In this document: piece by piece, positions 1 through 7,417 of the stretch
Layout: every line of letters begins with the position of its first letter
How positions within the stretch are numbered: position 1 is the stretch's first letter
Origin: Pseudomonadota bacterium
GTDB taxonomy: Bacteria > UBA10199 > 2-02-FULL-44-16 > JAAZCA01
Assembly: GCA_043822785.1 (NCBI GenBank)
Contig: JBDRBN010000090.1
Location: 1 to 21,431 of the forward strand
DNA: 21,431 nt
Direction of reading: 5' to 3'
Translations under genes and position numbers: made by a program
The notes under the pieces: generated by a model
The model's database searches: none
The model's input: only the letters and a program-made list of their open reading frames with translations
Told to the model about the DNA's origin: nothing

Positions 1-635
1 CGACATACCTCACTTCCCTGATACAGCCGCTTTATCTTCAAATCCATCTTGTCTATCCGCTCATCCAACCATACCAATTCCTCATAAAGTTCCATGATTT
101 CGTTTCTCGTATCATCGGAAAGCTCTGAGCAATCATCTCCAAATAACTTCAAAAGTCCGGATTTCAAATATCTCTCACCTTTCGGAAAAACTATTCCGTA
201 TTCGTGTAAAAACCCCCGTATCTCGTTCATCAGTGCCGTCCGGTTTCTCACCAGCCTCTCGCGCACACGATGTATCAGCATTATGTCTTGTTGTTTTACC
301 TCCTTCACAGCTACAAACCGCATTCCAGGCCTAGTGGCTGCCTCCGCTATTGCCTCGGCATCCGCCATGTCATTCTTGTTCGACTTGACGTAGGGCTTTA
401 CGAACTGCGGCGATATCAGCCTGACCTCATGCCCAATATTCCTAAATACTCGTCCCCAGTAATGCGCGCCCGAACACGCCTCCATCGCAACAATTGCCTT
501 TGGAATGTTTGCAAAATACCGTTTCATATCGGCACGATATATCTGTTTACGGACAAGCGCTTTTCCCCTTGTGTCCATGCTGTGAATTTGAAATACACTC
601 TTCGCTAGATCGACCCCATATACTAGTTGTTTCAT
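1..635 (-). CDS. IS110-family (IS1111 group) DEDD transposase/recombinase, N-terminal 211 codons; 3' part beyond window edge
   Basis: Manual translation from ATG at 635: MKQLVYGVDLAKSVFQIH...AMEACSGAHYWGR...GHEVRLISPQFVKPYVKSNKNDMADAEAIAEAATRPGMRFV. DEDD residues D9, E52, D89, D92. Frame open to position 1; absent from the ORF track because it has no stop in the window. Confidence 0.96.
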   Translation of the reverse strand, partial: MKQLVYGVDLAKSVFQIHSMDTRGKALVRKQIYRADMKRYFANIPKAIVAMEACSGAHYWGRVFRNIGHEVRLISPQFVKPYVKSNKNDMADAEAIAEAATRPGMRFVAVKEVKQQDIMLIHRVRERLVRNRTALMNEIRGFLHEYGIVFPKGERYLKSGLLKLFGDDCSELSDDTRNEIMELYEELVWLDERIDKMDLKIKRLYQGSEVC

Positions 636-738
636 TGGACCCCCCTTGGTTGGACGTTTGAATGATTGTCTCCTAATCATTCTGGCTCATTAAGAAGCCT
701 TGTTGTATTCCCATCCAAGGGTCGGGTCCATCCCATTA
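1..738 (-). mobile_element. IS1111-group insertion sequence, left end plus partial transposase
   Basis: Minus strand starts TAATGGG-ATGGACCCGACCC at 738: 7 nt followed by a sub-terminal IR, like IS4321/IS1111 left ends. An inverted copy (GGGGGGTCCA) abuts the transposase ATG. Confidence 0.85.
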
Positions 739-927
739 AACGCCGCTTCATCGCCTGCTCATCCGGCGCTGTAGTATCGTAGGCTTAGATCACAGCGCCT
801 CCTGATGCCGCTCGAGGAACATCTCAGGCAACACTCTCGCAACACGTACTTCCGTCGTGAGTAAAAACCCGCCGCCGACCCCGCCCTGTACGTAGTGTAT
901 TAGCGAACAGTTCGTATCTAGGGTTAT

Positions 928-981
928 GCAGGATCGGGTGGGTCGATTTGCGATATCGCGGAGAGAGCCACCCGATCCTGC
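928..981. repeat. Perfect 14 bp inverted repeat / hairpin
   Basis: GCAGGATCGGGTGG (928-941) and CCACCCGATCCTGC (968-981); the loop contains palindrome GCGATATCGC (950-959). No U-tract. Confidence 0.85.
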
Positions 982-1019
982 TTAAAGGCGCGGAGGGAAG
1001 AGCCACCAAAACCATGATG

Positions 1020-2138
1020 CTAAAAAGATGACCACTTTTTGATGATTGAAAATGAGTCGTTCTTATGTATGCGGTCGGCGCCGCCGAAATGAACGATGTC
1101 GCCTCGGGCGACTTTGTCAAAATCGCTATTAACACCTGCGGAGTCTTTGTTTGTTCTCCTCACCCTCTTGAGTTCGCCGCTTGATCCACAGAGAAACACC
1201 TCTCTCTTTCCCTTTGAATCTAAAGGGCTGGATACAACACGCCAGACATCAGCTTCTTGTGTGCTATCAGAGCCACGCGTTTTTGGCTTTAATATGAGAT
1301 ATGACATCTTAAGATATTCGTGATTCATTGCTGAAAGCCGATCCAGCTCAGAAAGATATTGGGGACAGTTCCAATCAATATAGAAATGACACCAGTCACG
1401 TTCATTGGCCCCCAGCATGGGGCAATTTTGACCATGAAGACATGGTGCACAAACGCAAGCAACCCCTTCTGCTATCAGGCGACCCCGAAGCTCCATGAGA
1501 GGCCTGGCATTATTGCGAAGCGCAGGTTCAATAATAATAAATGAGCCGCGTCCATCAAGCCTGTTTGAAATCAGCTCGCAACATAACTCATATGCAGACA
1601 CAGCTGGCTCGTTCAACATGTTCGTAACGAGGATCATATCAAACCGCTCTGCTTTGAGGATTCGTTCAAGACCGCCTTCTTTAATCAAGAAGGTTGCGCT
1701 TTCAAACGAGTGATGACGGGGAGCGATTTTTTTAAACAGCTCATGTGCTTTTAAAAGAGCTACCTTGTTTTGCTCAATGCCCGCGAACCGAATACGCATA
1801 TCTGGATGGTTTTTTGAAAAGTACAACGATGATGCGAGAATAGCGGTCCCAGGGCCCGTGCCGAGATCAAGGACGTTGAGCTTGCCCTTGTCTTGCACAA
1901 GGCCCAGCTCATCAATCTGCGCAAGGCAATGCATTACCTTTACAGCGTTTGGCAAAAGAAACGCAGCAATGTATGCGTCTAATGAATCGGCATCAGAGAA
2001 ATATTGATCGGCAAGCGCATCTCTTTCACTGGTGAACACGAGCGAAAGCTTTTTGGCAGCAACCGCAAGACGCCCTGGGTCTGTGTCGAGCACATCCAAA
2101 ACAGCTTCCTCAAGCTGTTTGATATCTTGCGAGAACAT
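1020..2138 (-). CDS. Rsm22/METTL17-like SAM-dependent methyltransferase-fold protein
   Basis: SAM motif VLDLGTGPGT; IIEPA; APCLHGQNCPM...DWCHF and distal LCG; LKMSYLIL; WRVVSSPLDSKGK. Confidence 0.8.
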   Translation of the reverse strand: MFSQDIKQLEEAVLDVLDTDPGRLAVAAKKLSLVFTSERDALADQYFSDADSLDAYIAAFLLPNAVKVMHCLAQIDELGLVQDKGKLNVLDLGTGPGTAILASSLYFSKNHPDMRIRFAGIEQNKVALLKAHELFKKIAPRHHSFESATFLIKEGGLERILKAERFDMILVTNMLNEPAVSAYELCCELISNRLDGRGSFIIIEPALRNNARPLMELRGRLIAEGVACVCAPCLHGQNCPMLGANERDWCHFYIDWNCPQYLSELDRLSAMNHEYLKMSYLILKPKTRGSDSTQEADVWRVVSSPLDSKGKREVFLCGSSGELKRVRRTNKDSAGVNSDFDKVARGDIVHFGGADRIHKNDSFSIIKKWSSF

Positions 2139-2221
2139 ATAGAAGCAATTACACGATGCGGCTTATAAGGCACTAAAAATTTGATGACTCAACCGCACCA
2201 AGCTGTTAACTCGTCTTTCAC

Positions 2222-3499
2222 ATGTCGACCGACATTGAATATACGGGCAGGGCTCCTTCCTGGCACGACCGCAAAACGTTTCGCGCGTTTAAGCACCGCA
2301 ACTTTTCCATATTCTTCATAGGCCAGCTCATCTCGATGGTAGGCACCTGGTCCCAGATGCTGGCGGTCATGTGGCTCGTGTGGAGGCTTACGGGCTCACC
2401 CATATGGCTTGGCACTGTAGGCTTTGCCATACACTTTCCCGCCCTGGTTTTTGGTCTTTTGGGCGGCGCCATTGCAGATCGCTATGATCGCCTAAATCTG
2501 CTTAGAATCATGCAAACCTTCTCAATGATTCAAGCAGCTGTGCTTGCATGGCTTGCCATCACAGGCCAGATGGAATTGTGGCACATCATCGTTTTGAGCT
2601 TGGGGTTGGGCGTTGTCCATGCCTTCGAGTTCCCAGTCCTTCAGACCTTTGTTATGGATGTGGTTGGCAAGCGCGATGTGTTGGCAGCCATGTCCATGCA
2701 GACTACAATATTTCACATAAGCCGGCTTATAGGACCCACCTTGGCTGGCGCGCTAATTGCCTGGAAAGGCGAGGCAATATGCTTTGTCATAAACACCATT
2801 AGCTTTTTGGCGCTAATCGCAGCGCTCTTTATGATAGATCGCAAAAAGCTCTATGGCGAAAAGCACGCGCCCACGCCCATATTAAAATCTGTGAAAGAGG
2901 GCTTAAGCTATGCGCGAAGAAACACGCAGGCAAGGGGCGTGCTCTTATTGGTCGCCATCCTTTCGGTCGTGGGCATGCAGCTTGTAACCCTTGTGCCGAT
3001 ATTTGCAGACGAGATCTTTAAAGGAGGGCCATTGCAGCTTGGTTGGCTCATGGGCGCATCCGCAGCTGGCGCACTTGTAGGCGCTCTATGGTTGGCAGGG
3101 CGACACACCCATGATCATCTGCTTAGGCTTTCTGCAAAAGTGGCAATACTCTATTCGATCGCGTTTATCTCGTTTGGAATAAACCCACATCTCCTTGTTG
3201 GACTTGTCATCATGGCGGTCATGGGATTTTGTTTTTCCATCTCCTTTTCCAGCATGGGCACTCTTATGCAGAATGTGGCGCCAGATAGGTTGCGAGGTCG
3301 CATGATGAGCTTATATACCACGGTGTTCATGGGAGTGGCGCCGTTTGGTCACCTCATGGCAGGCGGAATGGCAAAGGCAATAGGAGCCCCTGTTACGGTT
3401 ATAATAAGCGGATCGTTTTGCTTGTTAGCTTCATCGTGGATATATAACAGAACACGAAATGCAGATGAAATTAGAGGAAGAAAATTGGCCTCCCATTAG
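2222..3499 (+). CDS. MFS transporter (EntS/DUF894-like, DHA3 type)
   Basis: 425 aa, about 12 hydrophobic segments; motif A GAIADRYDR; RNFSIFFIGQLISMVGTW; APDRLRGRMMS. Confidence 0.92.
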   Translation: MSTDIEYTGRAPSWHDRKTFRAFKHRNFSIFFIGQLISMVGTWSQMLAVMWLVWRLTGSPIWLGTVGFAIHFPALVFGLLGGAIADRYDRLNLLRIMQTFSMIQAAVLAWLAITGQMELWHIIVLSLGLGVVHAFEFPVLQTFVMDVVGKRDVLAAMSMQTTIFHISRLIGPTLAGALIAWKGEAICFVINTISFLALIAALFMIDRKKLYGEKHAPTPILKSVKEGLSYARRNTQARGVLLLVAILSVVGMQLVTLVPIFADEIFKGGPLQLGWLMGASAAGALVGALWLAGRHTHDHLLRLSAKVAILYSIAFISFGINPHLLVGLVIMAVMGFCFSISFSSMGTLMQNVAPDRLRGRMMSLYTTVFMGVAPFGHLMAGGMAKAIGAPVTVIISGSFCLLASSWIYNRTRNADEIRGRKLASH

Positions 3500-3512
3500 G
3501 AAGGCCATTTTT
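3481..3512. terminator. Probable bidirectional intrinsic terminator overlapping the MFS stop
   Basis: AAAATTGGCCTCCC-ATTA-GGAAGGCCATTTTT: hairpin with A/T tracts on both sides between convergent units. Confidence 0.7.
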
Positions 3513-3514
3513 CT

Positions 3515-3692
3515 TGGTGCCCAGGGCGGGATTTCCCCTTCGGGGATCCACATCCCTAACGAAAGCATCCGCAAAAAACGCGGCTGCTTTCGTAAGGGCT
3601 GCGCACGAACAGCGACCTTTCAGGTCGCAGTTCTCATCCCGCACACAGGTCAAAAGAAATGGGAATGGACAAAAGCCCATTCCCATTTCTTG
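3515..3692 (-). repeat. tRNA-linked structured insert ending in a duplicate of the tRNA-Leu 3' end
   Basis: 16 bp direct repeat TGCCCAGGGCGGGATT at 3518-3533 and 3693-3708; the distal copy ends in CCA; several internal hairpins. Confidence 0.85.
3652..3691 (-). terminator. Intrinsic terminator directly after tRNA-Leu
   Basis: 15 bp perfect stem AAGAAATGGGAATGG / CCATTCCCATTTCTT, ending in TTTCTTTT on the minus strand. Confidence 0.75.
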
Positions 3693-3774
3693 TGCCCAGG
3701 GCGGGATTCGAACCCGCATGAGTCGCCCCACACGCCCCTCAAGCGTGCGTGTCTGCCAATTCCACCACCTGGGC
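3693..3774 (-). tRNA. tRNA-Leu(GAG), CCA not encoded
   Basis: GCCCAGGTGGTGGAATTGGCAGACACGCACGCTTGAGGGGCGTGTGGGGCGACTCATGCGGGTTCGAATCCCGCCCTGGGCA: acceptor stem, anticodon GAG, long variable arm, TTCGAAT T-loop; usual position downstream of secG. Confidence 0.97.
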
Positions 3775-3780
3775 TAGCGA

Positions 3781-4146
3781 TCAGTTACTTTTTTCCTCTG
3801 TCTGCTTTTCTGTTGGAGCTGTCTCTTTAGTATCAGCGGGCGCTCCAAAAGGCACTTCTTGCTTAGCCGGCCTTGCAGTTTCTGTTATTGGAGCCTTGTC
3901 CAAAATCGAAGTTCCCGAACGCTGCTTGGCCAAATGCGCTAGCCAGATCGAAGTAACCAAAAAACCCATAGCCACAAAGACGGTAGCCTTGTTGAGAAAT
4001 GTGGCTGGGCCGCGACTTCCGAACATGGTTTGCGATGCGCCGCCAAAGACCGCTCCTATATCTGCGCCCTTGCCTGCTTGTAGCAGAATCACGACGATAA
4101 GAAAGAAGCAGATCAGGTAATGAACAGTGATAAGAATGCTTTCCAT
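3781..4146 (-). CDS. secG: Preprotein translocase subunit SecG
   Basis: ILLQAGKGADIGAVFGGASQTMFGSRG...FLNKAT; lies between tpiA and tRNA-Leu. Confidence 0.97.
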   Translation of the reverse strand: MESILITVHYLICFFLIVVILLQAGKGADIGAVFGGASQTMFGSRGPATFLNKATVFVAMGFLVTSIWLAHLAKQRSGTSILDKAPITETARPAKQEVPFGAPADTKETAPTEKQTEEKSN

Positions 4147-4168
4147 CTTGATTCCTTTCTTTTTATTC

Positions 4169-4210
4169 GCTTACGGCTAACGGCTTACAGCCAACAGCTA
4201 ACTGATCACT
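4169..4210. repeat. Degenerate 7-mer tandem array (GCTWACR)
   Basis: gcttacg gctaacg gcttaca gccaaca gctaact gatcact in the tpiA-secG spacer. Confidence 0.8.
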
Positions 4211-4212
4211 GA

Positions 4213-4968
4213 TTAATGTGCACAGCGCACGATCGCTGCAAACTGGTCAGGCTTAAGAGATGCGCCGCCCACGAGCGCACCGTCAATATCTTCTTTAGAC
4301 AAAAGCTCGCGGCCGTTCGACGGCTTAACGCTACCGCCATAGAGAAGGCGCAGGCGCGCTGCTGTCTCGCCACCATAAGCCTTGCCCAGATAATTGCGCA
4401 CAAGCCCGTGTACCTCTTGAGCCTGGTCTGGCGTTGCGGTCTTGCCTGTACCTATTGCCCACACAGGTTCATATGCGATTACAAAATCGCCAAGCTCGCT
4501 CAAATCTATTCCCTTGAGTCCGTCCCGAAGCTGCTCGCTAATTATATCCCACGTCTTATTCGCCTCTCTTTGCTCAAGGGTTTCACCAACGCACATGATG
4601 GGAACAAGATCGTTTCTCAGAGCTGCTTTCAAGCGCTTGTTTACCATTACGTCGGTCTCGCCAAAATACTGCCTGCGTTCAGAATGGCCGACGATAGCAT
4701 ATGAACAACCAACATCATTGAGAAATGGACCGGCGATCTCTCCGGTATATGCGCCAGAGTCCTCCCAAAACAAGTTCTGAGCTGCAAGCTTGAACTCGGT
4801 ATCGGCAAGAGCTATGCCCATGGAGTACAGAGCAGTAAATGGCGGAGCGATTACAACATCTACACCAGATGCAGATTTTAGGTCAGCAGTAAATGCAGCC
4901 ACGAACTTAAGCGCCTCTGGCACCGTATTGTTGAGCTTCCAGTTAGCAGCGATAAACGGTTTTCTCAT
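4213..4968 (-). CDS. tpiA: Triosephosphate isomerase
   Basis: AANWKLN, IVGHSERR, AYEPVWAIGTG, LYGGSV, LVGGASL. Confidence 0.99.
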   Translation of the reverse strand: MRKPFIAANWKLNNTVPEALKFVAAFTADLKSASGVDVVIAPPFTALYSMGIALADTEFKLAAQNLFWEDSGAYTGEIAGPFLNDVGCSYAIVGHSERRQYFGETDVMVNKRLKAALRNDLVPIMCVGETLEQREANKTWDIISEQLRDGLKGIDLSELGDFVIAYEPVWAIGTGKTATPDQAQEVHGLVRNYLGKAYGGETAARLRLLYGGSVKPSNGRELLSKEDIDGALVGGASLKPDQFAAIVRCAH

Positions 4969-4970
4969 GT

Positions 4971-6158
4971 CTAAACCTCCAATGCTACAAGCCCTGGCAG
5001 TTTTTTGCCCTCTACAAACTCAAGCGATGCGCCGCCGCCAGTGGAGAGGTGACCTATCTTATCAGCAAGGCCAGCCTTGTTGATAGCAGCTATTGAATCG
5101 CCACCGCCAACCACCGAGTTTGCACCGCTGTCAGCAACAGCCTGCGCGATCTTGTTGGTTCCTTTGGCAAACTGAGAGAACTCAAATACACCCATAGGGC
5201 CATTCCAAAAGATGGTCTTGGAATCGCGAATTTCGTCGCAATATGCCAGGATGGTTTTTGGTCCGATATCCAACCCCATCATGTCATCTGGAATTTCCAC
5301 GCTGTCAGTAGTTGAGGGTATTGCTCCTTGCTCACACGCAGAAGCTATCACATGATCCTTGGGCAAAAGGATGGGAATGCCCCTGGTCTGGGCCCTCTCC
5401 AGAATCCTGCGAGCAGTGTGGATCTTGTCTTCTTCGAAAAGCGATTTGCCTATTGCAATACCCTGTGAAGCTAGGAACGTATATGACATGCCGCCGCCGA
5501 TGAGTATCTTGTCGCAGATGTTCATGAGGTTTTCTATCACACCGATCTTGTCAGAGACCTTTGCACCGCCCAGCACAGCTACAAAAGGCCTGGCCGGCTT
5601 CTCAAGGAGATTTGTGAAAGCCGTGACTTCGGCGCGCATAAGGAAACCCGCGCCCTTTATGGAAATGTATTGCACCATGCCCACCGTAGATGCGTGGGCG
5701 CGATGGGCTGTGCCGAAGGCATCATTTATGTACACTTCGGCAAGATCGGCGAGCCTTCTTGAAAACTGTGCATCGTTAGCAGTTTCTTCCTTATGAAAGC
5801 GCAAGTTTTCAAGAAGCATCACCTGGCCTGGCTGCATGTCCATGGCGAGTTTTTTTACGCCATCGCCTACGCAGTCTTCAGGCACGATCACTTCCACACC
5901 GCTTAAGAGTTCAGCAAGCCTTTCTCCCACAGGCCTCATAGAGAGCTTTGGGTCTCGCTGGCCCTTGGGCCTGCCCAAATGCGATGCCAATATCACCTTT
6001 GCGTTTTGTCCCAAGGCATAGTGTATAGTGGGCAGCGCTGCCTTTATCCTCGTGTCATCAGCAACGCCACCGGCCCCGTCAAGCTTTACGTTAAAGTCGA
6101 CGCGTATGAACACCCTCTTTTCAGAAATAGGAAGCTCGTCGATGTATTTGATAGTCAT
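4971..6158 (-). CDS. pgk: Phosphoglycerate kinase
   Basis: RVDFNV, SHLGRP, LLENLRF, DAFGTAHRAHAS, WNGPMGVFE, STGGGASLE. Confidence 0.99.
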   Translation of the reverse strand: MTIKYIDELPISEKRVFIRVDFNVKLDGAGGVADDTRIKAALPTIHYALGQNAKVILASHLGRPKGQRDPKLSMRPVGERLAELLSGVEVIVPEDCVGDGVKKLAMDMQPGQVMLLENLRFHKEETANDAQFSRRLADLAEVYINDAFGTAHRAHASTVGMVQYISIKGAGFLMRAEVTAFTNLLEKPARPFVAVLGGAKVSDKIGVIENLMNICDKILIGGGMSYTFLASQGIAIGKSLFEEDKIHTARRILERAQTRGIPILLPKDHVIASACEQGAIPSTTDSVEIPDDMMGLDIGPKTILAYCDEIRDSKTIFWNGPMGVFEFSQFAKGTNKIAQAVADSGANSVVGGGDSIAAINKAGLADKIGHLSTGGGASLEFVEGKKLPGLVALEV

Positions 6159-6171
6159 TTTAAATCCTTTT

Positions 6172-6216
6172 GGCTAACAGCAAATTGCTGTAAGCTGTTA
6201 GCCGTAGGCAGTAAGC
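6172..6216. repeat. Degenerate 7-mer array, inverted relative to 4169-4210, with local hairpin
   Basis: tgtaagc tgttagc cgtaggc agtaagc; GGCTAACAGC (6172-6181) pairs with GCTGTTAGCC (6194-6203). Confidence 0.8.
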
Positions 6217-6236
6217 TCACGTAGTGAGCGAGCCGT

Positions 6237-7271
6237 TTAGAACTTGGTTCCCATGTAGTTTGCCATCCTAAGCATCTGATAGCAGAAACCCATCTCGTTA
6301 TCATACCAGCTCATCACTTTTGCGATGTTACCGATGACCTTTGTGCATGCTCCATCTACGATTGAGCCGTTGGGGTTGCCCATGAAGTCTACAGAGACCA
6401 GGGGCTCTTCACAGACGGCAAGCGTATGCTTCAGCGCACCCTCAGAAGCTTTCTTGAGAGCAGCATTTATTGCATCAACCGTTGCTGGCTTCTTAAGGGT
6501 TGCAACAAGATCAACGAGCGAGACGTTTGGCGTTGGCACCCTTATGGCCAGACCGTCGAGCTTTCCTGCCAGATCAGGCAGCACCAAGCCTACCGCTCTT
6601 GCAGCGCCCGTGGTAGTGGGTATTTGTGAAAGAGCGCCTGCGCGAGCGCGGCGTAGATCTTTATGAGGAGCATCAACGATGTGTTGATCATTGGTATATG
6701 AGTGAATCGTGGTCATCAAACCCTGTTCTACTCCAAAATTGTCGTGCAGCACCTTGACTACCGGAGCCAAACAGTTGGTAGTGCAGCTGGCATTGGAGAT
6801 GACGTTGTGCTCTTTGGGATTGTAAGTTGTGTGGTTCACTCCAAAAACAAAAGTGGGCGTGTCTTTATCTTTTGCAGGAGCAGAGATGATTACTTTTTTT
6901 GCACCTGCGTTTAAGTGTGCTGCAGCCCTTTCTTTTGAGGTGAAGATGCCCGTGCACTCAAGCACTATATCGCATTCCATCTTTTTCCAGGGAAGTTGTG
7001 TAGGATCCTTTTCGGCAGTAACGGGAATTTCTTGGCCGTTGATGGTAATCAAGCCTTCCTTTGCCTTAACTTCCCCATCAAAAGTTCCATGAACTGAATC
7101 ATACTTGAACAAATGCGCCATGGTCTTGGCGTCTACGATGTCGTTTATGCCTACGCACTTCCAATCACCGTTTCCAATAAGCTTCTTTAACGTGTTTGAA
7201 TCGCTCATCATTTCGCGAAGGGCAAGCCTTCCGATTCGGCCAAAGCCGTTGATGCCAATGCGCAATGTCAT
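6237..7271 (-). CDS. gap: Type I glyceraldehyde-3-phosphate dehydrogenase
   Basis: GINGFGRIGR, SNASCTTNCLAP, WYDNE; SD GGAGGAG upstream. Confidence 0.99.
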   Translation of the reverse strand: MTLRIGINGFGRIGRLALREMMSDSNTLKKLIGNGDWKCVGINDIVDAKTMAHLFKYDSVHGTFDGEVKAKEGLITINGQEIPVTAEKDPTQLPWKKMECDIVLECTGIFTSKERAAAHLNAGAKKVIISAPAKDKDTPTFVFGVNHTTYNPKEHNVISNASCTTNCLAPVVKVLHDNFGVEQGLMTTIHSYTNDQHIVDAPHKDLRRARAGALSQIPTTTGAARAVGLVLPDLAGKLDGLAIRVPTPNVSLVDLVATLKKPATVDAINAALKKASEGALKHTLAVCEEPLVSVDFMGNPNGSIVDGACTKVIGNIAKVMSWYDNEMGFCYQMLRMANYMGTKF

Positions 7272-7311
7272 AATCTCCTCCCATATTTATATTATTTGTT
7301 TGGTTTTATGG

Positions 7312-7353
7312 TTTTACGTTGCTTGCGTTTCTCGCGTTGCTGGCTTTTCTCGC
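7312..7353. repeat. 9-mer periodic repeat; first 30 bp identical to 17526-17555
   Basis: TTTTACGTTGCTTGCGTTTCTCGCGTTGCT present at both sites. Confidence 0.9.
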
Positions 7354-7370
7354 CTTTATTTGGATGGCGC

Positions 7371-7398
7371 AGTATACACGTAAGCCTTTGCCCGTCAA
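7371..7398 (-). promoter_or_regulatory. Putative sigma70 promoter of the gap operon
   Basis: TTGACG-16 nt-TATACT on the minus strand about 100 bp upstream of the gap ATG. Confidence 0.55.
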
Positions 7399-7417
7399 GC
7401 CACAAACGACCGATATT

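Noticed and set aside
94..608. Plus-strand ORFs 94-393 and 270-608
   Set aside because: Antisense shadows of the IS110-family transposase.
909..934. dif/Xer-like site AGTTCGTATCT-AGGG-TTATGCAGGAT
   Set aside because: Spacer is 4 rather than 6 bp and the XerD-like arm is poor.
921..990. Integron attC or group II intron 3' end
   Set aside because: No RYYYAAC...GTTRRRY arrangement with extrahelical bases, and no domain V motif.
824..1135. 103 aa minus-strand ORF
   Set aside because: Overlaps the Rsm22-like 3' end in another frame, runs through a hairpin, and shows no recognisable motif.
3459..3830. ORFs 3459-3830, 3471-3731 and 3514-3777
   Set aside because: They overlap the tRNA, terminators and the palindromic insert; spurious.
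4169..7353. Short repeats as a CRISPR array
   Set aside because: Units are 7-9 bp tandem repeats without unique spacers, and there are no cas genes.
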